From a virus (Duplodnaviria; Heunggongvirae; Uroviricota; Caudoviricetes), in the IMG/VR virus record IMGVR_UViG_2526164632_000020: a DNA stretch of 13,180 nucleotides, one strand, 5' to 3'. Shown here in pieces: positions 1 to 8,210 of this stretch. Positions within the stretch are counted from its first letter, which is position 1, and each line of letters begins with the position of its first letter. The translations under genes were made by a program, and so were the position numbers. The notes beneath the pieces are model-generated. The model was not told the origin of the DNA and made no database searches. It saw only the letters and a program-made list of their open reading frames with translations.

Positions 1-8
1 TTCAATTT
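1..8 (-). rRNA. rrsG: 5' end of 16S rRNA gene (first 8 nt only; gene continues beyond window start)
   Basis: Minus strand of 1-30 reads ...GAGCATCAAACTTTTAAATTGAA, the conserved rrn leader running into the mature 16S 5' end AAATTGAA(GAGTTTGATC). Operon name rrnG is from recalled K-12 gene order next to clpB. Confidence 0.45.
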
Positions 9-139
9 AAAAGTTTGATGCTCAAAGAATTAAACTTCGTAATGAATTACGTGTTCACTCTTGAGACTTGGTATTCATTTTTCGTCTTGCGACGTTAAGA
101 ATCCGTATCTTCGAGTGCCCACACAGATTGTCTGATAAA

Positions 140-152
140 TTGTTAAAGAGCA
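140..152 (-). promoter_or_regulatory. rrn leader boxA antitermination element (TGCTCTTTAACAA)
   Basis: Minus strand reads TGCTCTTTAACAA, an exact match to the rrn boxA consensus, in the expected place between P2 and the 16S start. Confidence 0.65.
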
Positions 153-180
153 GTGCCGCTTCGCTTTTTCTCAGCGGCGC

Positions 181-217
181 GGGGTGTGCATAATACGCTT
201 TCCCGCTACAGAGTCAA
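181..217 (-). promoter_or_regulatory. rRNA operon promoter P2
   Basis: Minus strand TTGACT (-35, plus 212-217), 16-bp spacer, TATTAT (-10, plus 190-195), then GC-rich discriminator CACACCCCGCGCC; matches recalled rrn P2 sequence. Confidence 0.7.
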
Positions 218-298
218 GCATTTATTTTTGCTTTCTCTGCCGGAATTCTCAGGAGAACCCCGCTGACCCGGCGGCGTGTTTGCCGTTGTTCCGTGTCA

Positions 299-336
299 GT
301 GGTGGCGCATTATAGGGAGTTATTCCGGCCTGACAA
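299..336 (-). promoter_or_regulatory. rRNA operon promoter P1
   Basis: Minus strand TTGTCA (-35, plus 331-336), 16-bp spacer, TATAAT (-10, plus 309-314), discriminator GCGCCACCACTG; textbook rrn P1 core. Confidence 0.75.
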
Positions 337-415
337 GCGAAAAATATAAAAACCTTATCGTTCGCTCATTTTTCAGGCAAAACATCTTAAATATAGTCTT
401 TTCCGTCTAACTTAT
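337..415 (-). promoter_or_regulatory. rrn P1 UP element and upstream activating (Fis-site) region
   Basis: A/T-rich tract (GGTTTTTATATTTTTCGC on minus) immediately upstream of the P1 -35; individual Fis sites not resolved by eye. Confidence 0.4.
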
Positions 416-447
416 AGACAAAAACGAGCCCCGAAGGGCTCGTTTTA
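416..447 (-). terminator. Rho-independent terminator downstream of clpB (hairpin usable in both directions)
   Basis: Stem ACGAGCCC / GGGCTCGT (424-431 / 436-443) with loop CGAA; on the minus strand it is followed by TTTTTG, and it sits 5 nt past the clpB stop. Confidence 0.7.
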
Positions 448-451
448 TCAT

Positions 452-3025
452 TTACTGGACGGCAACAATCCGGTCTTCATTAACTTCCAGGCGAATCACT
501 TTACCCGGAACCAATTCACCAGACAGTATTTGCTGTGCCAGCGGGTTTTCGATCTGCTGCTGGATAGCACGTTTCAAAGGACGTGCACCATAGACTGGAT
601 CGTAACCGTTCTCGCTCAGCAGTTTCAGCGCCTCGTCAGAAATGTGGATTTCATAACCACGTTCTTCCAGACGTTTGTACAGACGTTTCAACTGAATCTG
701 CGCAATCGAGGCAATGTGCTGTTCACCCAGCGGATGGAAGACCACCACTTCATCAATACGGTTAATGAATTCCGGACGGAAGTTATGGCTTACCACACCG
801 AGCACCAGCTCTTTCATGTGCGCATAATCCAGTTCACCGAAGCGTTCCTGAATCAAATCGGAACCGAGGTTAGAGGTCATAATGACAACCGTATTACGGA
901 AGTCGACCGTTCTCCCCTGCCCGTCAGTCAGACGACCATCATCCAGTACCTGCAACAGAATGTTGAAGACATCCGGATGCGCTTTTTCCACTTCATCCAG
1001 CAGGATGACGGAATACGGACGACGACGCACAGCTTCGGTCAGGTAGCCACCTTCTTCATAACCGACATATCCCGGAGGCGCACCAACCAGACGAGACACC
1101 GAGTGTTTCTCCATAAACTCGGACATATCGATACGGACCATCGCCTCGTCGCTATCAAACATAAAGTTCGCCAGCGCCTTACAAAGCTCAGTTTTCCCCA
1201 CACCCGTTGGGCCGAGGAACAGGAATGAACCAATCGGGCGATTTGGATCCGCCAACCCCGCACGGCTACGGCGAATAGCGTTAGATACCGCATCAACCGC
1301 TTCGTTCTGACCAATGACGCGATGGTGCAGTTCTTGCTCCATACGCAGCAGTTTTTCGCGCTCGCTTTCCATCATGCGAGAAACCGGAATCCCCGTCCAA
1401 CGCGCCAGCACTTCAGCAATTTCGGCGTCGGTCACTTTATTACGCAACAGACGCATAGTTTTGCCTTCGAGCTGCGTTGCGGCTTCCAGTTGCTTTTCCA
1501 GTTCCGGGATTTTGCCGTATTGCAGTTCAGACATCCGCGCCAGGTCCCCCACACGGCGAGCCTGTTCAATAGCGATTTTCGCCTGTTCCAGTTCCGCTTT
1601 AATGGTCTGCGTACCAGAAAGCGATGCCTTCTCTGCTTTCCACTCTTCTTCTAACTCGGAGTACTGACGTTCTTTGTCGCTCAGTTCTTCGTTGAGCATA
1701 TCCAGGCGTTTTTTACTGGCTTCATCAGACTCTTTCATTAACGCCTGTTGTTCCAGTTTGAGCTGGATGATACGACGATCGAGTCGGTCGAGTTCTTCTG
1801 GTTTTGAGTCAATCTGCATACGAATGCTGGATGCTGCTTCATCGATCAGGTCGATGGCTTTATCCGGCAGCTGACGGTCAGCAATGTAGCGATGAGACAA
1901 CGTCGCCGCTGCAACAATTGCCGGGTCAGTAATTTGCACATGGTGGTGCAATTCGTAACGTTCTTTCAGGCCACGCAGAATCGCAATGGTATCTTCAACA
2001 GAAGGCTCGGCAACAAACACTTTCTGGAAACGACGTTCCAGCGCAGCATCTTTTTCGATGTACTGGCGATATTCGTCAAGCGTCGTGGCACCTACGCAGT
2101 GCAATTCACCACGCGCCAGCGCCGGTTTCAGCATGTTTCCGGCGTCCATTGCGCCATCGGCTTTACCCGCGCCGACCATGGTATGTAATTCGTCGATAAA
2201 CAGGATGACGTTGCCTTCCTGTTTGGCAAGATCGTTAAGCACGCCTTTTAAACGTTCTTCAAACTCACCGCGATATTTCGCCCCAGCCACCAGCGCGCCC
2301 ATATCCAGCGCCAGTACGCGGCGGCCTTTCAATCCTTCCGGCACTTCGCCGTTGATAATACGCTGCGCCAGACCTTCAACGATGGCAGTTTTACCGACGC
2401 CGGGTTCACCAATCAGTACCGGGTTATTTTTAGTACGACGTTGCAGCACCTGAATGGTACGGCGAATTTCTTCATCACGACCAATCACCGGATCGAGTTT
2501 GCCCTGTTCGGCTCGTTCGGTAAGGTCGATGGTATATTTTTTCAAAGCCTGACGTTGGTCTTCAGCACCTTGATCGTTCACGCTTTCACCTCCACGCATT
2601 TGTTCAATCGCTTGAGTAATGTTGGCGGTGGTCGCCCCTGCTGCTTTCAGGATGTCGGCCAGCGTGCCGCGAGACTCAAGTGCCGCCAGAACGAACAGTT
2701 CTGACGAGATAAAGTTATCACCACGTTTTTGCGCCAGCTTGTCGCAAAGATTAAGAACGCGCACCAGATCCTGTGATGGCTGGACATCACCACCAGTACC
2801 TTCAACCTGCGGTAAACGATTTAATGCCTGATTGATATCTGTGCGCAACTGGCCAGCATTTATGCCAGCGGATGTTAATAAAGGACTAACCGAACCCCCT
2901 TCCTGATTCAGCAGGGCGCTCATTAAATGAAGTGGTTCGATAAATTGGTTGTCGTGCCCGAGTGCAAGTGATTGGGCATCGGCAAGAGCAAGCTGGAATT
3001 TATTAGTAAGACGATCCAGACGCAT
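452..3025 (-). CDS. clpB: ClpB disaggregase (Hsp100, AAA+ chaperone), 857 aa
   Basis: ORF with two Walker A motifs ([16 protein letters not shown]) and a coiled-coil middle domain; starts [11 protein letters not shown] at ATG 3025 with SD GGGAGGAG upstream. The ORF-track start at 3037 is an upstream in-frame extension. Confidence 0.97.
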
Positions 3026-3057
3026 AACTCCTCCCATAACGGATCAAAGTTGCTACT

Positions 3058-3095
3058 GGAGATTAAATGAGGTCATCCCTCAATTATTCAAGGTT
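3058..3095 (-). promoter_or_regulatory. sigma-32 heat-shock promoter of clpB
   Basis: Minus strand CTTGAA (plus 3087-3092), 14-nt spacer, CCTCATTTA (plus 3062-3070); close to the sigma-32 consensus CTTGAA-N13-15-CCCCATnT. Confidence 0.6.
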
Positions 3096-3154
3096 ATTGA
3101 CCAGATTAATGTGAAAAGAAAATCACGCGTACCGGATCGTCTTGATTCTTTAGG

Positions 3155-3886
3155 TTATATCAGCCAAATGAAACTTGCCATACGACCGGTGGTCTTGTCG
3201 CGACGATAAGAGAAGAAAGTCTCATTTTCCGTATATGTACAACGGTCGCCGCCGAAAATTTGCTCAACACCCACGTTCGCCAGACGCTGCCGGGCAAGCT
3301 GATAAATATCCGCCAGATACTTATCACCATGCTGAATGAAAGCTGCACTTGCTTTAGCGTCTACTGCCATAAACGCCTCGCGAACCTCCACCCCCACTTC
3401 GAACGCGCGTGGACCAATTGCCGGCCCTAACCAGGCGAGAATATTTTCCGGATTATCAGCAAAACAGGAAACCGTCTCTTCCAGCACGCCTGCGCACAGT
3501 CCACGCCAGCCAGCATGAGCGGCGGCGACTTCCGTTCCCGCTCGATTGCAAAACAGCACAGGGAGGCAGTCGGCAGTCATCACTGCGCAAACCGTGCCGG
3601 GCGTATTGCTATAAGAGGCATCTGCTCGTTTTGAGGCATAAGGTTCGCCAGTAAGCTTAAGCACATCTTTGCCGTGTACCTGCTCAAGCCAGACCGGTTT
3701 AGAAGGCAAATTGCCCGCAGCAAAAAGTCGCTTGCGATTCTCCTCAACGTGATCCGGGTTATCGCCACAATGGGCACCGAGGTTGAGCGAGTCATACGGG
3801 GGCAAGCTCACGCCGCCGATACGAGAAGAGCTACAGGCCGCAACACCTTTTGGTAGCGGCCACTGCGGGACAATCAGCTTACTCAT
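3155..3886 (-). CDS. pgeF: YfiH/PgeF family protein (DUF152; peptidoglycan editing factor / purine nucleoside phosphorylase-like)
   Basis: 243-aa ORF MSKLIVPQWPLPKGVAAC... matching recalled E. coli YfiH; start overlaps the rluD stop by 4 nt. Confidence 0.93.
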   Translation of the reverse strand: MSKLIVPQWPLPKGVAACSSSRIGGVSLPPYDSLNLGAHCGDNPDHVEENRKRLFAAGNLPSKPVWLEQVHGKDVLKLTGEPYASKRADASYSNTPGTVCAVMTADCLPVLFCNRAGTEVAAAHAGWRGLCAGVLEETVSCFADNPENILAWLGPAIGPRAFEVGVEVREAFMAVDAKASAAFIQHGDKYLADIYQLARQRLANVGVEQIFGGDRCTYTENETFFSYRRDKTTGRMASFIWLI

Positions 3887-4863
3887 AACCAGTCCACTTC
3901 ATCCTTATGCTCTTCGAAATCGGCGCGCATCACCTCAATCAGCTCCACCATATCTTGTGGAATAGGCGCATGCCATTCCATTTCGATGCCGGAGATCGGG
4001 TGATAAAGACGCAGCATGGTTGCATGAAGCGCCTGGCGGTCAAACTTACGCAGCATGGAGATAAATGCTTCCGAAGCACCTTTTGGCGGACGCGGACGGC
4101 CACCATAAACCGGATCGCCCACCAGCGGATGAGTGATATGGGCCATATGCACGCGGATCTGGTGCGTACGTCCAGTTTCCAGACGCAACCGCAGACGCGT
4201 GTGCACACGGAAGTGTTCCATGATGCGATAGTGAGTCACCGCCGGTTTGCCCATCGGATGCACCGCCATGTGAGTACGTTTGGTCGGGTGGCGGCTGATG
4301 GGTTCATCTACTGTACCGCCAGCGGTCATATGACCAATCGCCACCGCTTCATACTCACGAGTAATTTCACGCCGTTGCAAAGATTCGACTAAACGCGTCT
4401 GAGCCGGAACGGTTTTTGCCACAACCATCAGGCCAGTGGTGTCTTTATCCAGACGATGGACGATGCCCGCACGTGGTACATCGGCAATGGGCGGATAGTA
4501 ATGAAGCAACGCATTCAGTACCGTGCCATCCGGGTTACCCGCGCCAGGATGTACCACCAGGTCGCGCGGTTTATTAATGACGATGATATCTTCATCTTCA
4601 TAGACGATATCCAGCGGGATATCCTGCGGTTCAAAACGCGCTTCTTCTTCAATCTCAGCGTTGATGGCAACCTGCTCGCCACCCAATACTTTTTCTTTCG
4701 GCTTATCACAAACTTTGCCGTTTACCAGCACGCGCTGGTCGAGGATCCATTCTTTTATTCGCGAACGTGAATAATCCGGGAACATTTCGGCCAAAGCCTG
4801 ATCTAAGCGTTGACCGAGTTGGTTTTCGGACACCGTTGCAGTGAGCTGTACTCGTTGTGCCAT
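3883..4863 (-). CDS. rluD: 23S rRNA pseudouridine synthase RluD
   Basis: 326-aa ORF with N-terminal S4-like domain and RluA-family catalytic motif HRLDKDTTG; conserved position upstream of yfiH. Confidence 0.95.
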   Translation of the reverse strand: MAQRVQLTATVSENQLGQRLDQALAEMFPDYSRSRIKEWILDQRVLVNGKVCDKPKEKVLGGEQVAINAEIEEEARFEPQDIPLDIVYEDEDIIVINKPRDLVVHPGAGNPDGTVLNALLHYYPPIADVPRAGIVHRLDKDTTGLMVVAKTVPAQTRLVESLQRREITREYEAVAIGHMTAGGTVDEPISRHPTKRTHMAVHPMGKPAVTHYRIMEHFRVHTRLRLRLETGRTHQIRVHMAHITHPLVGDPVYGGRPRPPKGASEAFISMLRKFDRQALHATMLRLYHPISGIEMEWHAPIPQDMVELIEVMRADFEEHKDEVDWL

Positions 4864-4997
4864 ATATACTGCTTCTTCGTTTATCGTTGGGGTTTTACGG
4901 CTTTGCCGTTTAATATAGTGTGCTATTGTAGCTGGTCTTAACCGGGAGCAGGAACAGAGAATCTCCCGTATTACATTTTGAGGAAAGTCAAAACGTC

Positions 4998-5735
4998 ATG
5001 ACGCGCATGAAATATCTGGTGGCAGCCGCCACACTAAGCCTGTTTTTGGCGGGTTGCTCGGGGTCAAAGGAAGAAGTACCTGATAATCCGCCAAATGAAA
5101 TTTACGCGACTGCACAACAAAAGCTGCAGGACGGTAACTGGAGACAGGCAATAACGCAACTGGAAGCGTTAGATAATCGCTATCCGTTTGGTCCGTATTC
5201 GCAGCAGGTGCAGCTGGATCTCATCTACGCCTACTATAAAAACGCCGATTTGCCGTTAGCGCAGGCTGCCATCGATCGTTTTATTCGCCTTAACCCGACC
5301 CATCCGAATATCGATTATGTCATGTACATGCGTGGCCTGACCAATATGGCGCTGGATGACAGTGCGCTGCAAGGGTTCTTTGGCGTTGACCGTAGCGATC
5401 GCGATCCTCAACATGCACGAGCTGCGTTTAGTGACTTTTCCAAACTGGTGCGCGGCTATCCAAACAGTCAGTACACCACCGATGCCACCAAACGTCTGGT
5501 ATTCCTGAAAGATCGTCTGGCGAAATATGAATACTCCGTGGCCGAGTACTATACAGAACGTGGCGCATGGGTTGCCGTCGTTAACCGCGTAGAAGGAATG
5601 TTGCGCGACTACCCGGATACCCAGGCTACGCGTGATGCGCTGCCGCTGATGGAAAATGCATACCGTCAGATGCAGATGAATGCGCAAGCTGAAAAAGTAG
5701 CGAAAATCATCGCCGCAAACAGCAGCAATACATAA
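4998..5735 (+). CDS. bamD: Outer membrane protein assembly factor BamD (YfiO), lipoprotein
   Basis: 245-aa ORF; signal peptide with lipobox LAGC (Cys20); TPR-like sequence; SD GAGGAAA upstream of ATG 4998. Confidence 0.95.
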
Positions 5736-5742
5736 CAGAAAC

Positions 5743-5773
5743 CTGAAATACAAAACGGCAGCCCTTGAGCTGC
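5743..5773 (+). terminator. Rho-independent terminator after bamD
   Basis: Stem ACGGCAGC / GCTGCCGT (5745-5752 / 5759-5766) followed by a run of seven T. Confidence 0.7.
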
Positions 5774-5950
5774 CGTTTTTTTATTCTGTTAGTTGTGAAA
5801 CTGAAGCGATTTAGTCACTATCGATCTCATCAAATATGGCTCGCTTTGAGATATTCCTCAAGTAAAAAACACCTCTTCCTGCGATTTCTCACAAAAAAGA
5901 TTCGTTGACAAAAAGTGACAAAATTATGAGATTCCCATCACACATTTTGA

Positions 5951-6346
<396 letters not shown>

Positions 6347-6369
6347 TCCTTTATATTGAGTGTATCGCC

Positions 6370-6393
6370 AACGCGCCTTCGGGCGCGTTTTTT
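6370..6393 (+). terminator. Rho-independent terminator of raiA
   Basis: Stem AACGCGCC / GGCGCGTT with loop TTCG followed by TTTTTT; 23 nt after the raiA stop. Confidence 0.75.
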
Positions 6394-6470
6394 GTAAAGC
6401 TAACAAATTGTTTCTATTAGCTTATTTCTTATAAACATCCACAAACTGTCCACATCAGTAATGATATACA

Positions 6471-6491
6471 AGCCCGCAAAAAATGCGGGCT
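6471..6491 (-). terminator. Hairpin 5 nt downstream of the methyltransferase stop (probable terminator between convergent raiA and prophage genes)
   Basis: Stem AGCCCGCA / TGCGGGCT with A5/T5 loop; on the minus strand followed by TGTATATCATT (weak U tract). Confidence 0.45.
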
Positions 6492-6496
6492 TTGTC

Positions 6497-7303
6497 TTAT
6501 GTAGCCGAAATGGTTGTGGTAATAGTCCCCCGAAGCCGCTGCGCTGCTACCTCAAAATAATGATCACTGGTTTCTATACCAATAAATTTTCGCCCTGCTT
6601 TCAGTGCAGCCACACCCGTTGTCCCTGACCCCATAAAAGGATCAAGGACTGTTCCGCCACTATTCACAGTCCTGACCAGTTCCGCCATTAGTTCTTCTGG
6701 TTTTCCGGTCGGGTGCATTTTCTTTGACGGGATAACCGGGTACGTCATGCAACCGTCGAACGGCCCCGAAGGCGATTTATCTAAATGGCCTTTGCTGCCC
6801 CAGACGATGTATTCGCACTGATGCCTGAAATACCCCGTATGGGGTGTTCGTGACCCCCTCCCCTTGTTCCACGCAATGATGCCGCGCCATGTAAAGCCGC
6901 TGGCCTGAAACGCATCGGTTAAAGCTGGTAGTTGTCGCCAGTCAGTAAATACCAGGGCATAACCGCCCGGCCTGACTGCGCGGTGTGCCTGTGCCATCCA
7001 TAATTGTGTCCAGTAAGCCCACGAACGGGCGTCCATGTTTTCACCCGCGAACCCATCAAAGCGGTGAAGGTTCTCGCCGTTCAGATATTTTGCATGGCTG
7101 CCTTGGTTGGTGCGTCCGGCCTTGTGTGTCGCACCCGAACTGTAAGGCGGGTCAGTGATTAAGGCATCAATGCTTTCTGGCTCAATCAGCGGCAATATTT
7201 CCAGCGCATTCCCACGACAGAGCGTGGCATTGTCAGTCTGATAAACCTTAGTGTGTTCCGGTGTATGTGCTGGTTGGTGCTGGATTGCGATCCCCACGGT
7301 CAT
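6497..7303 (-). CDS. Prophage DNA methyltransferase, beta-class N6-adenine/N4-cytosine family (DPPY motif IV before FxGSGTT motif I)
   Basis: 268-aa ORF with DPPY (catalytic motif) near the N-terminus and DPFMGSGTTGVAA (AdoMet motif) near the C-terminus. Start ATG 7303 lies only 2 nt after SD AGGAG; in-frame GTG 7297 has better spacing. Target specificity unknown. Confidence 0.85.
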   Translation of the reverse strand: MTVGIAIQHQPAHTPEHTKVYQTDNATLCRGNALEILPLIEPESIDALITDPPYSSGATHKAGRTNQGSHAKYLNGENLHRFDGFAGENMDARSWAYWTQLWMAQAHRAVRPGGYALVFTDWRQLPALTDAFQASGFTWRGIIAWNKGRGSRTPHTGYFRHQCEYIVWGSKGHLDKSPSGPFDGCMTYPVIPSKKMHPTGKPEELMAELVRTVNSGGTVLDPFMGSGTTGVAALKAGRKFIGIETSDHYFEVAAQRLRGTITTTISAT

Positions 7304-7445
7304 AACTCCTCATGTGTGTGGGGTGCTCGATGGCTCTCGTTATCTGGTTAAGTGTTTTGCAGCGCGGACATTTTATTTCAATGTAGTGAAATGAGGCGCG
7401 GGCAAGTAGTTTGTTGCAATTTTTGCATCGTACATTTTGCGTCAT
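7248..7445 (-). CDS. com: Com-like zinc-finger translational regulator (Mu Com family)
   Basis: 65-aa ORF MTQNVRCKNCNKLLARASFHYIEIKCPRCK...EHPT, matching the recalled Mu Com pattern (RCKNCNKLL...IEIRCPRCK...EHPT). SD AAGAGGTG 7 nt upstream of ATG 7445; 3' end overlaps the methyltransferase start by 56 nt. Confidence 0.75.
   Translation of the reverse strand: MTQNVRCKNCNKLLARASFHYIEIKCPRCKTLNQITRAIEHPTHMRSYDRGDRNPAPTSTYTGTH
7292..7323 (-). promoter_or_regulatory. mRNA stem-loop sequestering the methyltransferase SD and start codon (mom-like translation inhibition structure)
   Basis: On the minus-strand transcript CCCCAC (plus 7318-7323) pairs with GTGGGG (plus 7292-7297); the 20-nt loop holds SD AGGAG and ATG 7303, and the alternative GTG start is in the 3' arm. 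Confidence 0.45.
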
Positions 7446-7489
7446 TTGCGGCACCTCTTGTGTGGTTACTGCTGCCGATATGATAACAA

Positions 7490-7527
7490 ATCGATCGTTT
7501 TTATCGATCGGATTTATTGCATCGATC
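7490..7527 (-). promoter_or_regulatory. Cluster of three ATCGATC(G) repeats (three GATC Dam sites) upstream of the com promoter region
   Basis: ATCGATCG at 7490-7497 and 7503-7510, ATCGATC at 7521-7527, lying 45-82 nt upstream of the com ATG; resembles the Dam/OxyR-controlled region upstream of the Mu mom promoter. Confidence 0.4.
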
Positions 7528-7574
7528 TGTTATGCCTATTACTTATGAGTGGTGTTACCCTCATTTGTGAGGGT

Positions 7575-7612
7575 GACAAAAAGAAAACCCGCAGTTTTTA
7601 CGCTGCGGGTTT
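7575..7612 (-). terminator. Rho-independent terminator of the zinc-ribbon/TM2 gene
   Basis: Stem AAACCCGCAG / CTGCGGGTTT with 8-nt loop; on the minus strand followed by TCTTTTTGTC; 26 nt past the stop at 7638. Confidence 0.65.
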
Positions 7613-7637
7613 GTCATTCTGATTCGCCCACTAGGCA

Positions 7638-7934
7638 TTAGCCATATTTGCGGGCAAAGTCTTCATCAGAGGTGCATAGATAGATAAAAAACTCAATAAA
7701 TGCCACGATTGCCGGAATGAATGTCCAGCAAAAAATAAGGTAAAGGAATCCTTGCCCCACTTTACCTAAATAAAATTTGTGTGCACCAAGACCACCTAAA
7801 AAGAAAGCCAGTAGTGCGGCTGTCATTCTGCTTTTTGAACTTGCTGTTCTTTGAGGTGCTCCACAATTGGGGCAGGATGTGGCATCTTTATGTATTTCCT
7901 TGCCGCATCCGCGACAAAATACCATTTCACTCAT
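7638..7934 (-). CDS. Small membrane protein with N-terminal zinc-ribbon (CxxC...CxxC) and TM2-like domain; prophage cargo of unknown function
   Basis: 98-aa ORF MSEMVFCRGCGKEIHKDATSCPNCGAPQ followed by two hydrophobic helices with a TM2-type motif (LGGLGAHKFYLGKVGQG); SD-like AAAGGAA upstream. Confidence 0.7.
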   Translation of the reverse strand: MSEMVFCRGCGKEIHKDATSCPNCGAPQRTASSKSRMTAALLAFFLGGLGAHKFYLGKVGQGFLYLIFCWTFIPAIVAFIEFFIYLCTSDEDFARKYG

Positions 7935-8069
7935 AAAGAGTTCCTTTCAAATTTAAATAAGCGTTAAACCCACCACTCTTACTGGTGGGCCTCAATTTAA
8001 ATTTGGGTGCCACTTCGACCATACCCTGGCAACCGATTGACGGGGGATTGCTCCCCCGTCGCGGTTTCC

Positions 8070-8210
8070 TTACTGCTTACACTGTAAGAACGCCGCAAAC
8101 TCCGCTCCCCAGAAGCTCATCCGTATTTCGCACAGCGAACCATGCAGCATCCAGATGATGAGGATTGCCGTCACGCAGAACGTGATGGCCGTAAGCGATT
8201 TTTGCGACAT
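8070..8210 (-). CDS. hok: Hok/Gef-family type I toxin (46 aa), below the ORF-track length cut-off
   Basis: Hand translation of the minus strand from ATG 8210: MSQKSLTAITFCVTAILIIWMLHGSLCEIRMSFWGAEFAAFLQCKQ*. Single TM helix followed by the Hok signature SLCEIR...AAFL.C; SD AAGGAG 8 nt upstream. Confidence 0.6.
   Translation of the reverse strand: MSQKSLTAITFCVTAILIIWMLHGSLCEIRMSFWGAEFAAFLQCKQ

Noticed and set aside
530-2831. Numerous plus-strand ORFs (530..1228, 1314..1667, 1986..2453, 2441..2704 and others) inside the clpB region
   Set aside because: They lie antisense to a strongly supported, conserved clpB reading frame, have low-complexity Ser/Arg-rich translations and lack ribosome binding sites; antisense shadows of a long gene.
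3907-4770. Plus-strand ORFs 3907..4392 and 4456..4770, and minus-strand 3939..4208 and 4515..4709, inside rluD
   Set aside because: They overlap the conserved rluD frame in other frames or on the opposite strand, with no start-site signals.
5256-5753. 165-aa minus-strand ORF antisense to bamD
   Set aside because: Entirely inside the bamD coding sequence on the opposite strand; no SD or promoter.
6394-6470. tRNA or tmRNA gene as the prophage integration target
   Set aside because: No tRNA-like cloverleaf sequence (acceptor stem, T-loop GTTCGA-type motif, CCA end) is visible near the junction; integration appears to be at an intergenic site next to the raiA terminator.
7437-7622. 61-aa plus-strand ORF in the com upstream region
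   Set aside because: Lies in the regulatory interval holding the GATC repeats, palindrome and terminator; Cys/Leu-rich low-complexity translation, no SD.
7990-8012. TGGCAC motif on the minus strand resembling a sigma-54 -24 element
   Set aside because: No GC (TTGC) -12 element at the required spacing; chance match.
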